A stretch of 64,000 nucleotides of DNA, taken from positions 1,632,001-1,696,000 of the forward strand of contig OZ253449.1 in assembly GCA_965261345.1 (NCBI GenBank), given 5' to 3'. Source of the DNA: Chloroflexota bacterium. GTDB taxonomy: Bacteria; Chloroflexota; UBA11872; VXNJ01. The position numbers and the translations under genes are program-made. Shown here piece after piece: positions 1 through 8,998 of the stretch (position 1 is the stretch's first letter; every line of letters begins with the position of its first letter). The notes below the pieces were generated by a model. That model did not search any database. It was given only the letters and a program-made list of their open reading frames with translations, and had not been told where the DNA came from.

Positions 1-4
1 AATA

Positions 5-1327
5 GTGGCCGCCGCTGGAATCCTGGTGGCGCAGTGGTCGGATCCGGCGATTTCGATTCTGTCGGGCCAACTTGTCGTCGATCAGTTCTCGGTTTTCCTG
101 CGAATGCTGCTGCTGGCCGTTGCCGGCGCCGCGGTGGTCCTAGGGATAGGCAACCTCCCGCGGGTGCGGTTCGGCGCTTACGTTGCAATCGTTCTTTTCT
201 CAACCAGCGGGATGATGTTTCTCGTCGGCGCCACCGACCTGATCGTCATGTTTGTAGCTCTCGAACTCATGTCGATCCCGATCTACGCTCTGGTGGCCAT
301 TACCCGCTGGCGGGAGCGCTCGACCGAGGGGGCGATCAAGTACTTCACCATGGGTGCCCTGTCGACCGCGGTGACCGCATACGGAATCGGCTGGCTGTAT
401 GGCATCACCGGCCAGACATCTTTTGCCGAAATCGGACAGGTGCTGGGCCAGCGCGAGATGGGCGCACCGGAAGTGCTCGCGATCGGGTTGATCATCGCCG
501 CCCTGGCCTTCAAGATCGCGCTCGTCCCGTTTCACGCCTGGACCCCCGATGCCTATGACGGGGCGCCGACCGCGGTTACCGCGTTTATTTCGGTCGCCCC
601 CAAGGTCGCGGCGCTGGGTCTGCTGGTGCGACTGCTCGTGGTTTCATTCGAACCGTTCGCGGTTGATTTGGAGCTTTTGCTTGGAACCCTGGCAGCGGTA
701 ACGATCGTAGTCGGGAACGTGATTGCAGTCGCCCAGACCAACATAAAGCGCATGCTGGCCTATTCGAGCATTGCCCATTCGGGTTACATGCTGGCTGGTT
801 TGGCAGCCACCCAGGCCCAGGTTTCCGGCAGCCTAACCTATGCCGGAACGCACACTCTGCTCTACTACGCGGTGGCTTACGCCCTGATGAACACCGGCGC
901 GTTCGCGATCGTGATGCTGGTGGAGAAGCATCGCTCCGCGGTTGACCTCAACGCATTCAAGGGCCTTGGCCGGAGTTCGCCGTTCCTGGCGCTGGTCATG
1001 GCTGTTTTCATGCTCTCGCTGATTGGCGTGCCGCCGACGGCCGGGTTCTTTGGCAAGCTGTTGATCATTGACGCCTTGCTCGATGCGGGTTCGGGCTGGC
1101 TCGCGATCCTCCTGGCCCTTGCGGCGGCGGTCTCGGCTTTCTACTACTTAAGAGTTGTTGTGAACATGTTTATGCGTCGGGCCGATCCTGACGCCGCCGA
1201 TATCGAAACTTCGGATTCAGTCGGGGTCATTGTTTCAACAACCGCCGTAGGGACGGTCCTCGTGGGAATTTGGTCGGGTAGGTTGCTTGAGCTTGCCAGC
1301 TCTGGTGCAACGCTGGTTGGATCCTAA
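5..1327 (+). CDS. nuoN: NADH-quinone oxidoreductase subunit N (probably 5'-truncated by the window edge)
   Basis: Highly hydrophobic; motifs EGAIKYF, FKIALVPFHAWTPDAYDGAP, KRMLAYSSIAHSGY, GVPPTAGFFGK. Confidence 0.95.
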   Translation: MAAAGILVAQWSDPAISILSGQLVVDQFSVFLRMLLLAVAGAAVVLGIGNLPRVRFGAYVAIVLFSTSGMMFLVGATDLIVMFVALELMSIPIYALVAITRWRERSTEGAIKYFTMGALSTAVTAYGIGWLYGITGQTSFAEIGQVLGQREMGAPEVLAIGLIIAALAFKIALVPFHAWTPDAYDGAPTAVTAFISVAPKVAALGLLVRLLVVSFEPFAVDLELLLGTLAAVTIVVGNVIAVAQTNIKRMLAYSSIAHSGYMLAGLAATQAQVSGSLTYAGTHTLLYYAVAYALMNTGAFAIVMLVEKHRSAVDLNAFKGLGRSSPFLALVMAVFMLSLIGVPPTAGFFGKLLIIDALLDAGSGWLAILLALAAAVSAFYYLRVVVNMFMRRADPDAADIETSDSVGVIVSTTAVGTVLVGIWSGRLLELASSGATLVGS

Positions 1328-1505
1328 GGGCCGTCAATCGCGCAGCAGAATTCGATTCGCGTTGCAACTGCCAATAACGGTGGGCCCGTCGACGGCGTTT
1401 TAAGAGATAGTGAAAGCGAACCTGGGGTTGTCCCTAGTAGCACGCATTCTTTACGGAGGTCCGTTGGGATGTCTGTAGCGCCACTCAAGGCAATGGAGGC
1501 ACGCA

Positions 1506-1511
1506 TATAAT
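1506..1511 (+). promoter_or_regulatory. Candidate -10 box (TATAAT) for the large surface-protein gene
   Basis: Perfect TATAAT about 140 nt upstream of the TTG start; no clear -35; GCACGCAT direct repeat at 1440-1447 and 1499-1506. Confidence 0.35.
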
Positions 1512-1649
1512 GGCGAGTCATTCTGCGCTTGGCGGGATTGCGATATGCAGGCCAATGCCGAGTCGTTTTTAGATTCAGCGATCTCACGGAAGGTTTCCAC
1601 CGGAGTATTCCGGCCGACCGTGCCGAATAGAAGTCAAAAGGAGGACGTC

Positions 1650-4280
1650 TTGACTTCGTCCAATCAATTGAAGAGCGGGTTCCGGACGGGCCTTGCTTTT
1701 CCAATAACGCTAGTGGCGGTCGGGTTGCTGTTGGCCTCGCTGGTGCTGGGCTTGGGTACCAACCTTGCTCGCGCGCTAGGCGACGGCGACGGCGGCATCT
1801 GCGGCTTCAGCGACCTTATGCAGGGAGCCATCCTTGCAAACAACGACCATAAATCCTTTAAGTGCAATAGTGAAACCTACACGGGTGAAACTGCCGGAGA
1901 CACTTCTTGGGGTGGAACTACGGGAATCGAAGATAATGAGCAGGATGAGGCCAAAGACCTTGATCTGAGCGGCAACGTAGGTGGCGTTTTCAAACCTGGC
2001 AAGGGTGAACTTGATGGTTTCGTGCGCGGATCACGCGTAGACCTGACCGGCAATGGCCTGACCGTGGCCGACATCGACTTGAGCGATGCAGTCGGCACTT
2101 TTGCTGACGCAGATTCGGCTACGACCTACAGCCAATTTGGCAGGTCGATCGGTCGCGGTGACGGCACCGCAACTGCTAGCGACGGTACTCCTAACAGCTC
2201 CGCTCCGTCCGGTCTCGGCTTAACGTTTCTCCTTGACGGCGGATCTACAACTGCCAATGGACTTACGGTCGACACGTTTGAGGGCATTGAAGGCGAAATT
2301 GTCTGGATCACCTTTGAATATGGTGCCTGGCCCGATGCTTTTGCCGATCTCAACAACGACGGTGAAGGTAACGACAGAGACGGCGGCGTGTGGATGCGCG
2401 TCGATTTCACCGTTGACGATGTCGCAGCCGAAAAAGTGTCGGCACTGATTAGTTCACAAGATGCAGATGGCACGCTCTATGCGGTGCCCTATCGGATAAA
2501 GGACGACGCTGAAAATGACTTCGGACGGACCGATAAGCGGTCGATTGAAGTCACCATTGGCGGCATTGGGTCATTTGCATCAGGTGCAGTGGGCGGTAAC
2601 AACGTGGCCGCCGATATCCCCGCCGAAAAGCTACGGATTGATGAGTTTGAGGGCAGCATTCCTCGCGGAAACCAGGAAGCTGACCTGCTAGTTGTTGACG
2701 AGGACGACCCGCCGGTTTCGGTAGCTGATCGCCAGGACGCGGTTGCAGACCCGATTACCACGCTACTTGGATTGAGCGCCAAACGCGTAGGTAGCGATCA
2801 TCTGGCCGGTAAGGACGTTGGTGACGGCACCGTGTTGCTCACCACCCTCGCAATCGGAAGGGCCGGTGACCCCGACAACGACAAGATTGATTCGATCACT
2901 GCTGCTGATCTGTCAGGCCTAAAAGGGATTACCCAACCTGTTGGCACGACTGCCCTGAATCTGAAGGACAACGCATTGACCGCGTTGCCAAGCGGCCTGT
3001 TCGCAGATGTTGGATCGGCAAGTGAAGAAGATCTGTCGACCTTGATTGATGTGACCGGGAACGAAGGGCCAGCCGGTGACGGTTTCATGCTGGATAACCT
3101 CGGTGATGTTGGCAATGAATTGATTGCTGGCCAGGTTCTAAAGGTAGATGCGCCTCGCAAAGACGACCGAATCGGATTCATCCAGGATTCTTATGAAGCC
3201 ACTGAAGGTGGCGTCTGGATCTTTGACGTGAACATTAGCGAGGACACCCCGGTCATTCAGTTGATGGCCGTTGCGGGTGACTCTGGAAAAGTTGCCGACG
3301 ACGTAGAAAATGCGTTCATTGATCTGAGTTCTTTGCCGACCGGACCCTTCAACTATCGGATCGCGATTGGATTGCCCGAAAACGGAGATGAGGATGGCGA
3401 TAACACGCTGACTGCAATCTACGGACTTGGCACTGTCACTGTTGACGGTGATGGGGTCCAGACCGGTGCTGTGACGACGATTCTGGACGTTGTCTCGCTA
3501 ACGATCCGCGATGCCTCTTACTCGGCACCTGTGGTCGTGGTTCCGGCTGAAACCGGATTCGGTTCGATCGTGGTTACCCAGAACGAATACGTTGAGGCCC
3601 CCGGCAACGAGGATCTCAAGCACAACGTCTCCAACCTGTTGGTGGCGGTGGGCGACGATTCGATCCCGGCTACCTTCCTTGACATCTACACCGCCACCGG
3701 CGGTCTCGATCGCTGGGGTTACCCGACCTCTGAGGTTGTAATCATCGAAGACGGTACTCTGACCCAGTTCTTCCAACGTGGCGTACTCGACTTCCACGAC
3801 ACGGTTGCTGGCTACATCGTTGAACGACGATTGGCTTGGGACTATGTAGGTGGCGGCGCTGGCGGCAGCGTTGACCAAGGCGTTGAAGCCGCTCCGGATT
3901 CCGGTCCGGAAGGTGGAGTTCAGGTCGGCGCATTTGGACACTATGTGGCCAACGCTGACGCTGACGGCAATGCCACAGGCTTCCTGGACGCGTTCAATGC
4001 CTTCGGTGGAGTTGACGGACTTGGTATCCCCAAGACCGAGGCGCGCGCTGACACAGGCGACGCTGGAACCCTGCTTGAACCCGGTGGAGCCATCGGATTC
4101 ACACGGCAGTACTTCCAGGCCGCAGTCCTCCAGTTGTCAGAAGCGGGAACCGTGGAGCTGACGCTCCTTGGTGACACGCTACGCGACCTGCTGGTTCCCG
4201 GCTTTGCCGATGAAGCAGCCTTCGGCGCTGCGGACGCGGCATCGGTCGGTGACGAGTTCTCGCCGGATGTGATTTCATAA
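1650..4280 (+). CDS. Large secreted acidic surface / S-layer-like protein with LRR-like and Calx-beta-like segments and two C-terminal repeats
   Basis: RBS AAGGAGGA then TTG at 1650; signal peptide (FPITLVAVGLLLASLVLGLG..ARA); D/E/G-rich; LNLKDNALTALPSGLF; repeats GGLDRWGYPTSE..QFFQRG and GGVDGLGIPKTE..QYFQAA. Confidence 0.8.
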   Translation: MTSSNQLKSGFRTGLAFPITLVAVGLLLASLVLGLGTNLARALGDGDGGICGFSDLMQGAILANNDHKSFKCNSETYTGETAGDTSWGGTTGIEDNEQDEAKDLDLSGNVGGVFKPGKGELDGFVRGSRVDLTGNGLTVADIDLSDAVGTFADADSATTYSQFGRSIGRGDGTATASDGTPNSSAPSGLGLTFLLDGGSTTANGLTVDTFEGIEGEIVWITFEYGAWPDAFADLNNDGEGNDRDGGVWMRVDFTVDDVAAEKVSALISSQDADGTLYAVPYRIKDDAENDFGRTDKRSIEVTIGGIGSFASGAVGGNNVAADIPAEKLRIDEFEGSIPRGNQEADLLVVDEDDPPVSVADRQDAVADPITTLLGLSAKRVGSDHLAGKDVGDGTVLLTTLAIGRAGDPDNDKIDSITAADLSGLKGITQPVGTTALNLKDNALTALPSGLFADVGSASEEDLSTLIDVTGNEGPAGDGFMLDNLGDVGNELIAGQVLKVDAPRKDDRIGFIQDSYEATEGGVWIFDVNISEDTPVIQLMAVAGDSGKVADDVENAFIDLSSLPTGPFNYRIAIGLPENGDEDGDNTLTAIYGLGTVTVDGDGVQTGAVTTILDVVSLTIRDASYSAPVVVVPAETGFGSIVVTQNEYVEAPGNEDLKHNVSNLLVAVGDDSIPATFLDIYTATGGLDRWGYPTSEVVIIEDGTLTQFFQRGVLDFHDTVAGYIVERRLAWDYVGGGAGGSVDQGVEAAPDSGPEGGVQVGAFGHYVANADADGNATGFLDAFNAFGGVDGLGIPKTEARADTGDAGTLLEPGGAIGFTRQYFQAAVLQLSEAGTVELTLLGDTLRDLLVPGFADEAAFGAADAASVGDEFSPDVIS

Positions 4281-4302
4281 CCGGCTAGAAATCTAGCGAC
4301 AA

Positions 4303-4334
4303 AACTGGGCGGGTCCGAAAGGGCCCGCCCAGTT
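4303..4334 (+). terminator. Strong hairpin after the surface-protein gene
   Basis: AACTGGGCGGGTCC-GAAA-GGGCCCGCCCAGTT, 14-bp stem with a GAAA tetraloop; weak U tail. Confidence 0.75.
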
Positions 4335-4339
4335 GCTAT

Positions 4340-4831
4340 ATGGTGGCCAAAGTAAAAGTGATGAATAACGCCGACCTGATTGAAGCGGAGAAGCGCGCCG
4401 ACGGGCCGGGCGTCCATGTGGCGTTGCGCACGCGTGCACTTGAAATTTCAAGCATTGAACGCTTCGTTGATAATCCCGCCAACGGTGGGATTTGTGTTTT
4501 TCAAGGGGTAGTGCGGCGTGATTCTGACCTGGGCTCCGTTGAATCACTCGAGTACGATGCCTACTCGGCTATGGCAATAGCCCAGCTGCGCCACATATGC
4601 GAGAGTGCGCGCGCCCAATGGCCCGAAGCGCAAATCGCAGTTGAACATCGGCTTGGCATTGTCAACCTGGGTGAGCCCAGCGTAGTGATCGCGGTCGGGA
4701 CGCCGCACCGGGCGGAAGCGTTTGCCTGCTGCCGCTTTCTTATCGAGAAGCTAAAAGTTGAAGTTCCGATTTGGAAAAAGGAACGTGCGGCCAACAAATC
4801 AAAATGGGCGCAAGGATGCGGGCCGGCATAA
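4340..4831 (+). CDS. moaE: Molybdopterin synthase catalytic subunit
   Basis: GGICVFQGVVR, LEYDAY, HRLG, PHRAEAF, LKVEVPIWKKE. Confidence 0.93.
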   Translation: MVAKVKVMNNADLIEAEKRADGPGVHVALRTRALEISSIERFVDNPANGGICVFQGVVRRDSDLGSVESLEYDAYSAMAIAQLRHICESARAQWPEAQIAVEHRLGIVNLGEPSVVIAVGTPHRAEAFACCRFLIEKLKVEVPIWKKERAANKSKWAQGCGPA

Positions 4832-5059
4832 GAGATCACTCGGCGCCGCATCGCTAGCCAATTCCAAACGACGAAAAAGTCGCTAGATATAAAAGGAATT
4901 ATGTCCAGTGGATTGATTCTTATTTGACACGGCCAGGCTCGAAACCAGGAAGTGCGGGAATTGGACTTTGTGGTGCTTCGCCAGCATCGACAACCGCCCG
5001 AACGCCTTTTCGCGGCGAACCGGGTGGACCAAGTGGAAGATTTGCGACCCTTATATAAC

Positions 5060-5197
5060 GTCCAAAAAGTGGACAATTGTGTGGCCATTGTCCAATCGGT
5101 TGTCCACAATATTTTGCATATGATTTCTCAATGTAGTTCTGGGTACCGACGAGACGTCCCGATTGCGCAAAGTGGACAATGACCTGGACAATGTCCA
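5060..5197. repeat. Cluster of TGGAC(A)/(T)GTCCA motifs, direct and inverted
   Basis: GTCCA 5060-5064, TGGACAAT 5070-5077, ATTGTCCA 5087-5094, TTGTCCA 5100-5106, TGGACAAT 5173-5180, TGGACAATGTCCA 5185-5197. Confidence 0.7.
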
Positions 5198-5214
5198 TTT
5201 ACTGAGAGTCGTGA

Positions 5215-6411
5215 ATGCCAAGCTGGCCAGTCCACTTCGAAATCAAAGTCAATACTGAAAATGCCCGTATAAGGGATCTCGTTGCGAGAGTAAAAGCCGT
5301 TTCATCGACGATTGAGGGCATTCCGATCCCGCCCTACGTACGCACCAGGCTCAACACGCTAAACATTCTGCGTGCAGTCCGTGGGACTACCGGAATCGAG
5401 GGCACAGAGTTGTCCGAATCCGAGGTCTCGAATGTGCTGAATGCTTCGCCTGAAGACCAAGTATTGGGTGAATCGCGGGCCCGAGAGGAGCGCGAAGTTC
5501 GAAACGCCCAAGCACTAATGCGGTATGTTCAATTCCTGCTGACCCGAGACCCGGGCGCCCAACTGGATGAAGCGTTGATTCGCAGTTTCCACAGGATGCT
5601 GACTGATGGCATTCCTTATGGACATAACGCCCCAGGTCGATTCAGGCAGCACCGAGCGGCTGCAGGCACGTATCGAGCCCCTCCCCATGATGAGGTTCCA
5701 CGCCTCATGCGAGGCTTTATCGAATGGGTGAATGGTCCCGCCGGGCGGGCATTTGACCCGATTGTCCGCGCCATCCTAGCGCACTTTTTGGTGGTCAGCA
5801 TACATCCTTTCGGCGACGGCAACGGTCGCACATCGAGAGGAGTCGAGAGTTTTCTCTTATACAAAGCTCGGGCAAATGTCTTGGGGTTTTATTCGCTAGC
5901 AAACCACTACTACAAGAATCGAAGCGAATATATCCAATTGTTGGACCGATGCCGATTCCAATCGGATCCCGATGTGAGCCCATTCGTCACTTTTGCCTTA
6001 GAGGGCATGGCAGCAGAGCTCGATGATGTGCGGAAGGAGCTATTGCAGGCGATCCGAATCATCTCGTTTAGGGACCTTGCAAGGGAAGTATTCCAATCCG
6101 AAGGAAAACTAGGGAAAGTTACGGGCAATCGCCAATTGCATTTCTTGTTCGATCTTGGCGAACAAGTAGTCGCTATCGCAGATATTCGAAGCGGCCTGCA
6201 TCCGCTCGCTCACCTTTACAAAGGAGTTGGCCGGAAGACTCTCAGTAGGGACTTGAACGAATTAGAGCGACTCGATCTGATCGTCAACGAGCACCGCAAG
6301 GTCCGTGCAAACACCGGAATCATGGATTTATTCACCGGAATGCCTCCCCTGGCTGAATCCAGTAGGTCAATTTCCGACGCGGATCAACCCATATCCGAAT
6401 ATCCGGATTAG
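5215..6411 (+). CDS. Fic family protein (class II) with a C-terminal HTH-like region
   Basis: Canonical HPFGDGNGRTSR; N-terminal inhibitory-type motif TTGIEG; KTLSRDLNELERLDLI. Confidence 0.92.
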   Translation: MPSWPVHFEIKVNTENARIRDLVARVKAVSSTIEGIPIPPYVRTRLNTLNILRAVRGTTGIEGTELSESEVSNVLNASPEDQVLGESRAREEREVRNAQALMRYVQFLLTRDPGAQLDEALIRSFHRMLTDGIPYGHNAPGRFRQHRAAAGTYRAPPHDEVPRLMRGFIEWVNGPAGRAFDPIVRAILAHFLVVSIHPFGDGNGRTSRGVESFLLYKARANVLGFYSLANHYYKNRSEYIQLLDRCRFQSDPDVSPFVTFALEGMAAELDDVRKELLQAIRIISFRDLAREVFQSEGKLGKVTGNRQLHFLFDLGEQVVAIADIRSGLHPLAHLYKGVGRKTLSRDLNELERLDLIVNEHRKVRANTGIMDLFTGMPPLAESSRSISDADQPISEYPD

Positions 6412-6614
6412 CAATTCGAAACTATTCCGCTTCCTGACTTGATGTAAGGAACGCCTGACGGCCGAGGGACCGGAGATATTCGCAAACCCAACCTTGGAGT
6501 TGTGATCACCGGGTTTTTCCTCATCCAATGTGATGTCAACCGCCATCGGCTTAAGGCCGCCCTGGGTGCTCCGGCTCATGACCATTACCGCAACTTGTTT
6601 AGCAAGGAGCGGGG

Positions 6615-6750
6615 ATTGCGTTCAAGGAGCTTTACAGACTGGAAATATTAGGTATCGTCCGGTACTGGCAGGAGGGGATTAGCCAGCGCCGGATCGCAAT
6701 TGCCCTGGGACGGTCGCGCGCTATGTGGCCAGGGCCCGGGAAATGATGAC
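6615..6750 (+). pseudogene. Relic 5' end of an IS21-family IstA transposase
   Basis: RBS AAGGAG at 6604, then (ATT)AFKELYRLEILGIVRYWQEGISQRRIAIALG, a frame break, then TVARYVARARE: the IstA N-terminal HTH pattern. Confidence 0.6.
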
Positions 6751-6752
6751 AT

Positions 6753-8501
6753 CACCAGTTGAACAGCGACAGTTATTCTGGCCGGCGCATTGACTCACTG
6801 TTTTTGTAACCCAAACAGGGCCGTTGCCTCACTAGATTTGTAACCCAAATCCACAGGGAGGCAACCGATGCGAGGAAAGAAGCTGAGCCGGGCGGTGCGG
6901 AAGGAGCTGCTAGCGGCCTTAAGGGGCCGCTATGCGAGGGCGTCCAAGATCGACAAGGGCGGAATCCTTAACGAGTTCGTGGCTCTATCTGGCCACAACC
7001 GCAAATACGCAACCCGATTGCTGGGCAATGCTGCAAGCCCTGCTCCGGCACCGCCCACCAAGTCCTCATACCGCATCTACGACGAGGCCGTCAGGGAGTC
7101 TTTGATCATCCTTAAGGGAAGCGGCCGATCGGATCTGCGGCAAACGGTTGCAAGCGATATTGCCCAGCCTGATCGAATCGCTGGAAGGGCATGGCCACCT
7201 GCAGCTTGATCTGGACCTTAAAAGCAAGCTCTTCGCGATCAGCCCGGCATCGATCGATCGCCTCCTCAAACCAGTCCGCAAGACCGCCGGCAGCAGTCGA
7301 CGGCGTCACCCCCGCCGCCGCAACCGTCATCACGCCAAGGTCCCGATCCGGACGTTTGCCGATTGGCATGGCCCCGACCCCGGCTACCTGGAAATAGATC
7401 TGGTGGCCCACTGTGGTGGCAACATGGCCGGGAGCTTCATCCAGTCCCTGTCGGTTACCGATGTGTGCTCGGGCTGGGTGGAGGCAGTCCCGCTGCTGGC
7501 AAGGGAGCAGACGCTTGTGACCGAGGCGCTTGAGGTTATAGGCGGGCGGGTACCGGTGCCAATACTTGGAATCGATACTGACAACGACAGCGCCTTTATC
7601 TCCCAGACCCTTATCGATTACTGCCAAGAGCGTGAAATCGAGTTCACCCGCTCACGCGCCTACCGCTCCAACGATCAGGCCTACATCGAACAGAAGAACG
7701 GCGCCGTAATCAGACGCTTTGCCGGTTACGAGCACTTTGCCGGCCTCATCGCCGGACAGACCCTGGCCCGACTCTTTGCCTTAGTTGGTCTCTACACCAA
7801 TTTCTTCCAACCGTCTTTCAAACTGATCTCCAAGCAGCGCTATGGAGCCAGAACCCAAAAGCGCTACGACCGTCCGCTAACTCCCTGCCAGCGCCTGCTC
7901 GATCACCCCGCCGTTGCCGAAAAGGTCAAGGAGGGGTTGCGCGCTACGCGCTTGCAACTGGATCCGCTCTTGCTCCTTAGCGAGATCCGCCAGGCCCAGT
8001 CGGCCCTGGCCACATTGGCATCACCCGAGGAAAGAAGCAAGGTGCAAAGGGAAGACCTGTCACAATTCCTGGCCAAGCTCTCTCATCTGTGGCGCGAGGG
8101 CGATGCAAATCCGACCCGCCGTCCAAAACGAAAGCGCCGCAGGTGGTGGCGGACTTGCCCCGACCCCCTAGAGCACGTCTGGCCCGCGGCGCTTACCTAC
8201 CTGCAGGATCATCCCGACGCCAGCGGCATGCAGATCCTGAAAGTGCTCATGCGTGATCACCCCGACGCCGTCGGGCCCAAGCAGCTGCGGACGTTGCAGC
8301 GAAGGCTCAAGCAATGGCGGTCGGTGATGGCCAAAGAGCTTGTATACGGAGTCGTAAACGGTGCTGATGGTGCGGTTGAGAACGCCGAAATCGTAAGTGA
8401 AATCGCGCCAATCGGAGTCAAATAAACGGTCCCAAATTTCGGTTACATTTTTTGGTGAGGCAACGGGACCGGCAAAACTGGGTGTCGCTGTTCAGTTGGT
8501 G
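6753..8501 (+). mobile_element. Insertion sequence encoding an rve/DDE transposase (ISNCY/IS481-like), bounded by about 63-bp imperfect inverted repeats
   Basis: Left end 6753-6815 matches the reverse complement of 8437-8501 (shared CACCA, TGAACAGCGACA, GCCGG, TTG.CTCAC, TGTAACC); extra inner copy at 6821-6850. Confidence 0.75.
6868..8425 (+). pseudogene. rve-type transposase split by a +1 frameshift near 7114 (ORFs 6868-7209 and 7148-8425)
   Basis: LIIL in frame 1 continues as EAADRICGKRL in the +1 frame; DDE motifs EIDLVAHCG, DTDNDSAF, DQAYIEQKN. Confidence 0.85.
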
Positions 8502-8743
8502 CCGCGGTCAGCCTAGCCTTCACCTGGACGCCAAATCGCACGCAACGCTCGGGCGATCTTTCCGGATGCGGACCGGAAGCGGGGGTGAAAAACCGCGACC
8601 GGATGCAACAGTAGTGGGGCCACAAGTGGTATCCATTCCGGTAAAGATCAGGTTCCGACACTACATCATGGACTTCCAGAAACAGTGGTTAATTCCGGTA
8701 ACATTTGAGAAAATGGGCCGCCGAAAGGGGGCGGGCGGAGAGT

Positions 8744-8998
8744 ATGACCGAGAAATTTGGACTGGCAAGAGAATTTGATTACTATTTGGCCCACCAGGAT
8801 GAACTGGTGGAGCAGTACGACGGCAAGATCATCGTCATCAAAAGCGGCGAGGTGCTGGGCGCCTACGGCAGTCTTATTGAGGCAGTCATGGAAGCTGAAA
8901 AAGCTGGTCATGAGTTAGGGACATTCCTCGTCCAGCCCGTGAGTCCGGGGCCCGATGCCTATACGCACACTCACCACTCCCGCGTGTTAAGGATTTAG
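8744..8998 (+). CDS. Small DUF5678-like protein
   Basis: GGAG RBS then ATG at 8744; EFDYYLAHQDELVEQYDGKIIVIKSGEVLGAY pattern; 1-nt overlap with the next gene. Confidence 0.75.
   Translation: MTEKFGLAREFDYYLAHQDELVEQYDGKIIVIKSGEVLGAYGSLIEAVMEAEKAGHELGTFLVQPVSPGPDAYTHTHHSRVLRI

Noticed and set aside
1545-1649. ATG start at 1545 for the surface protein
   Set aside because: The strong RBS and the signal-peptide position favour TTG at 1650
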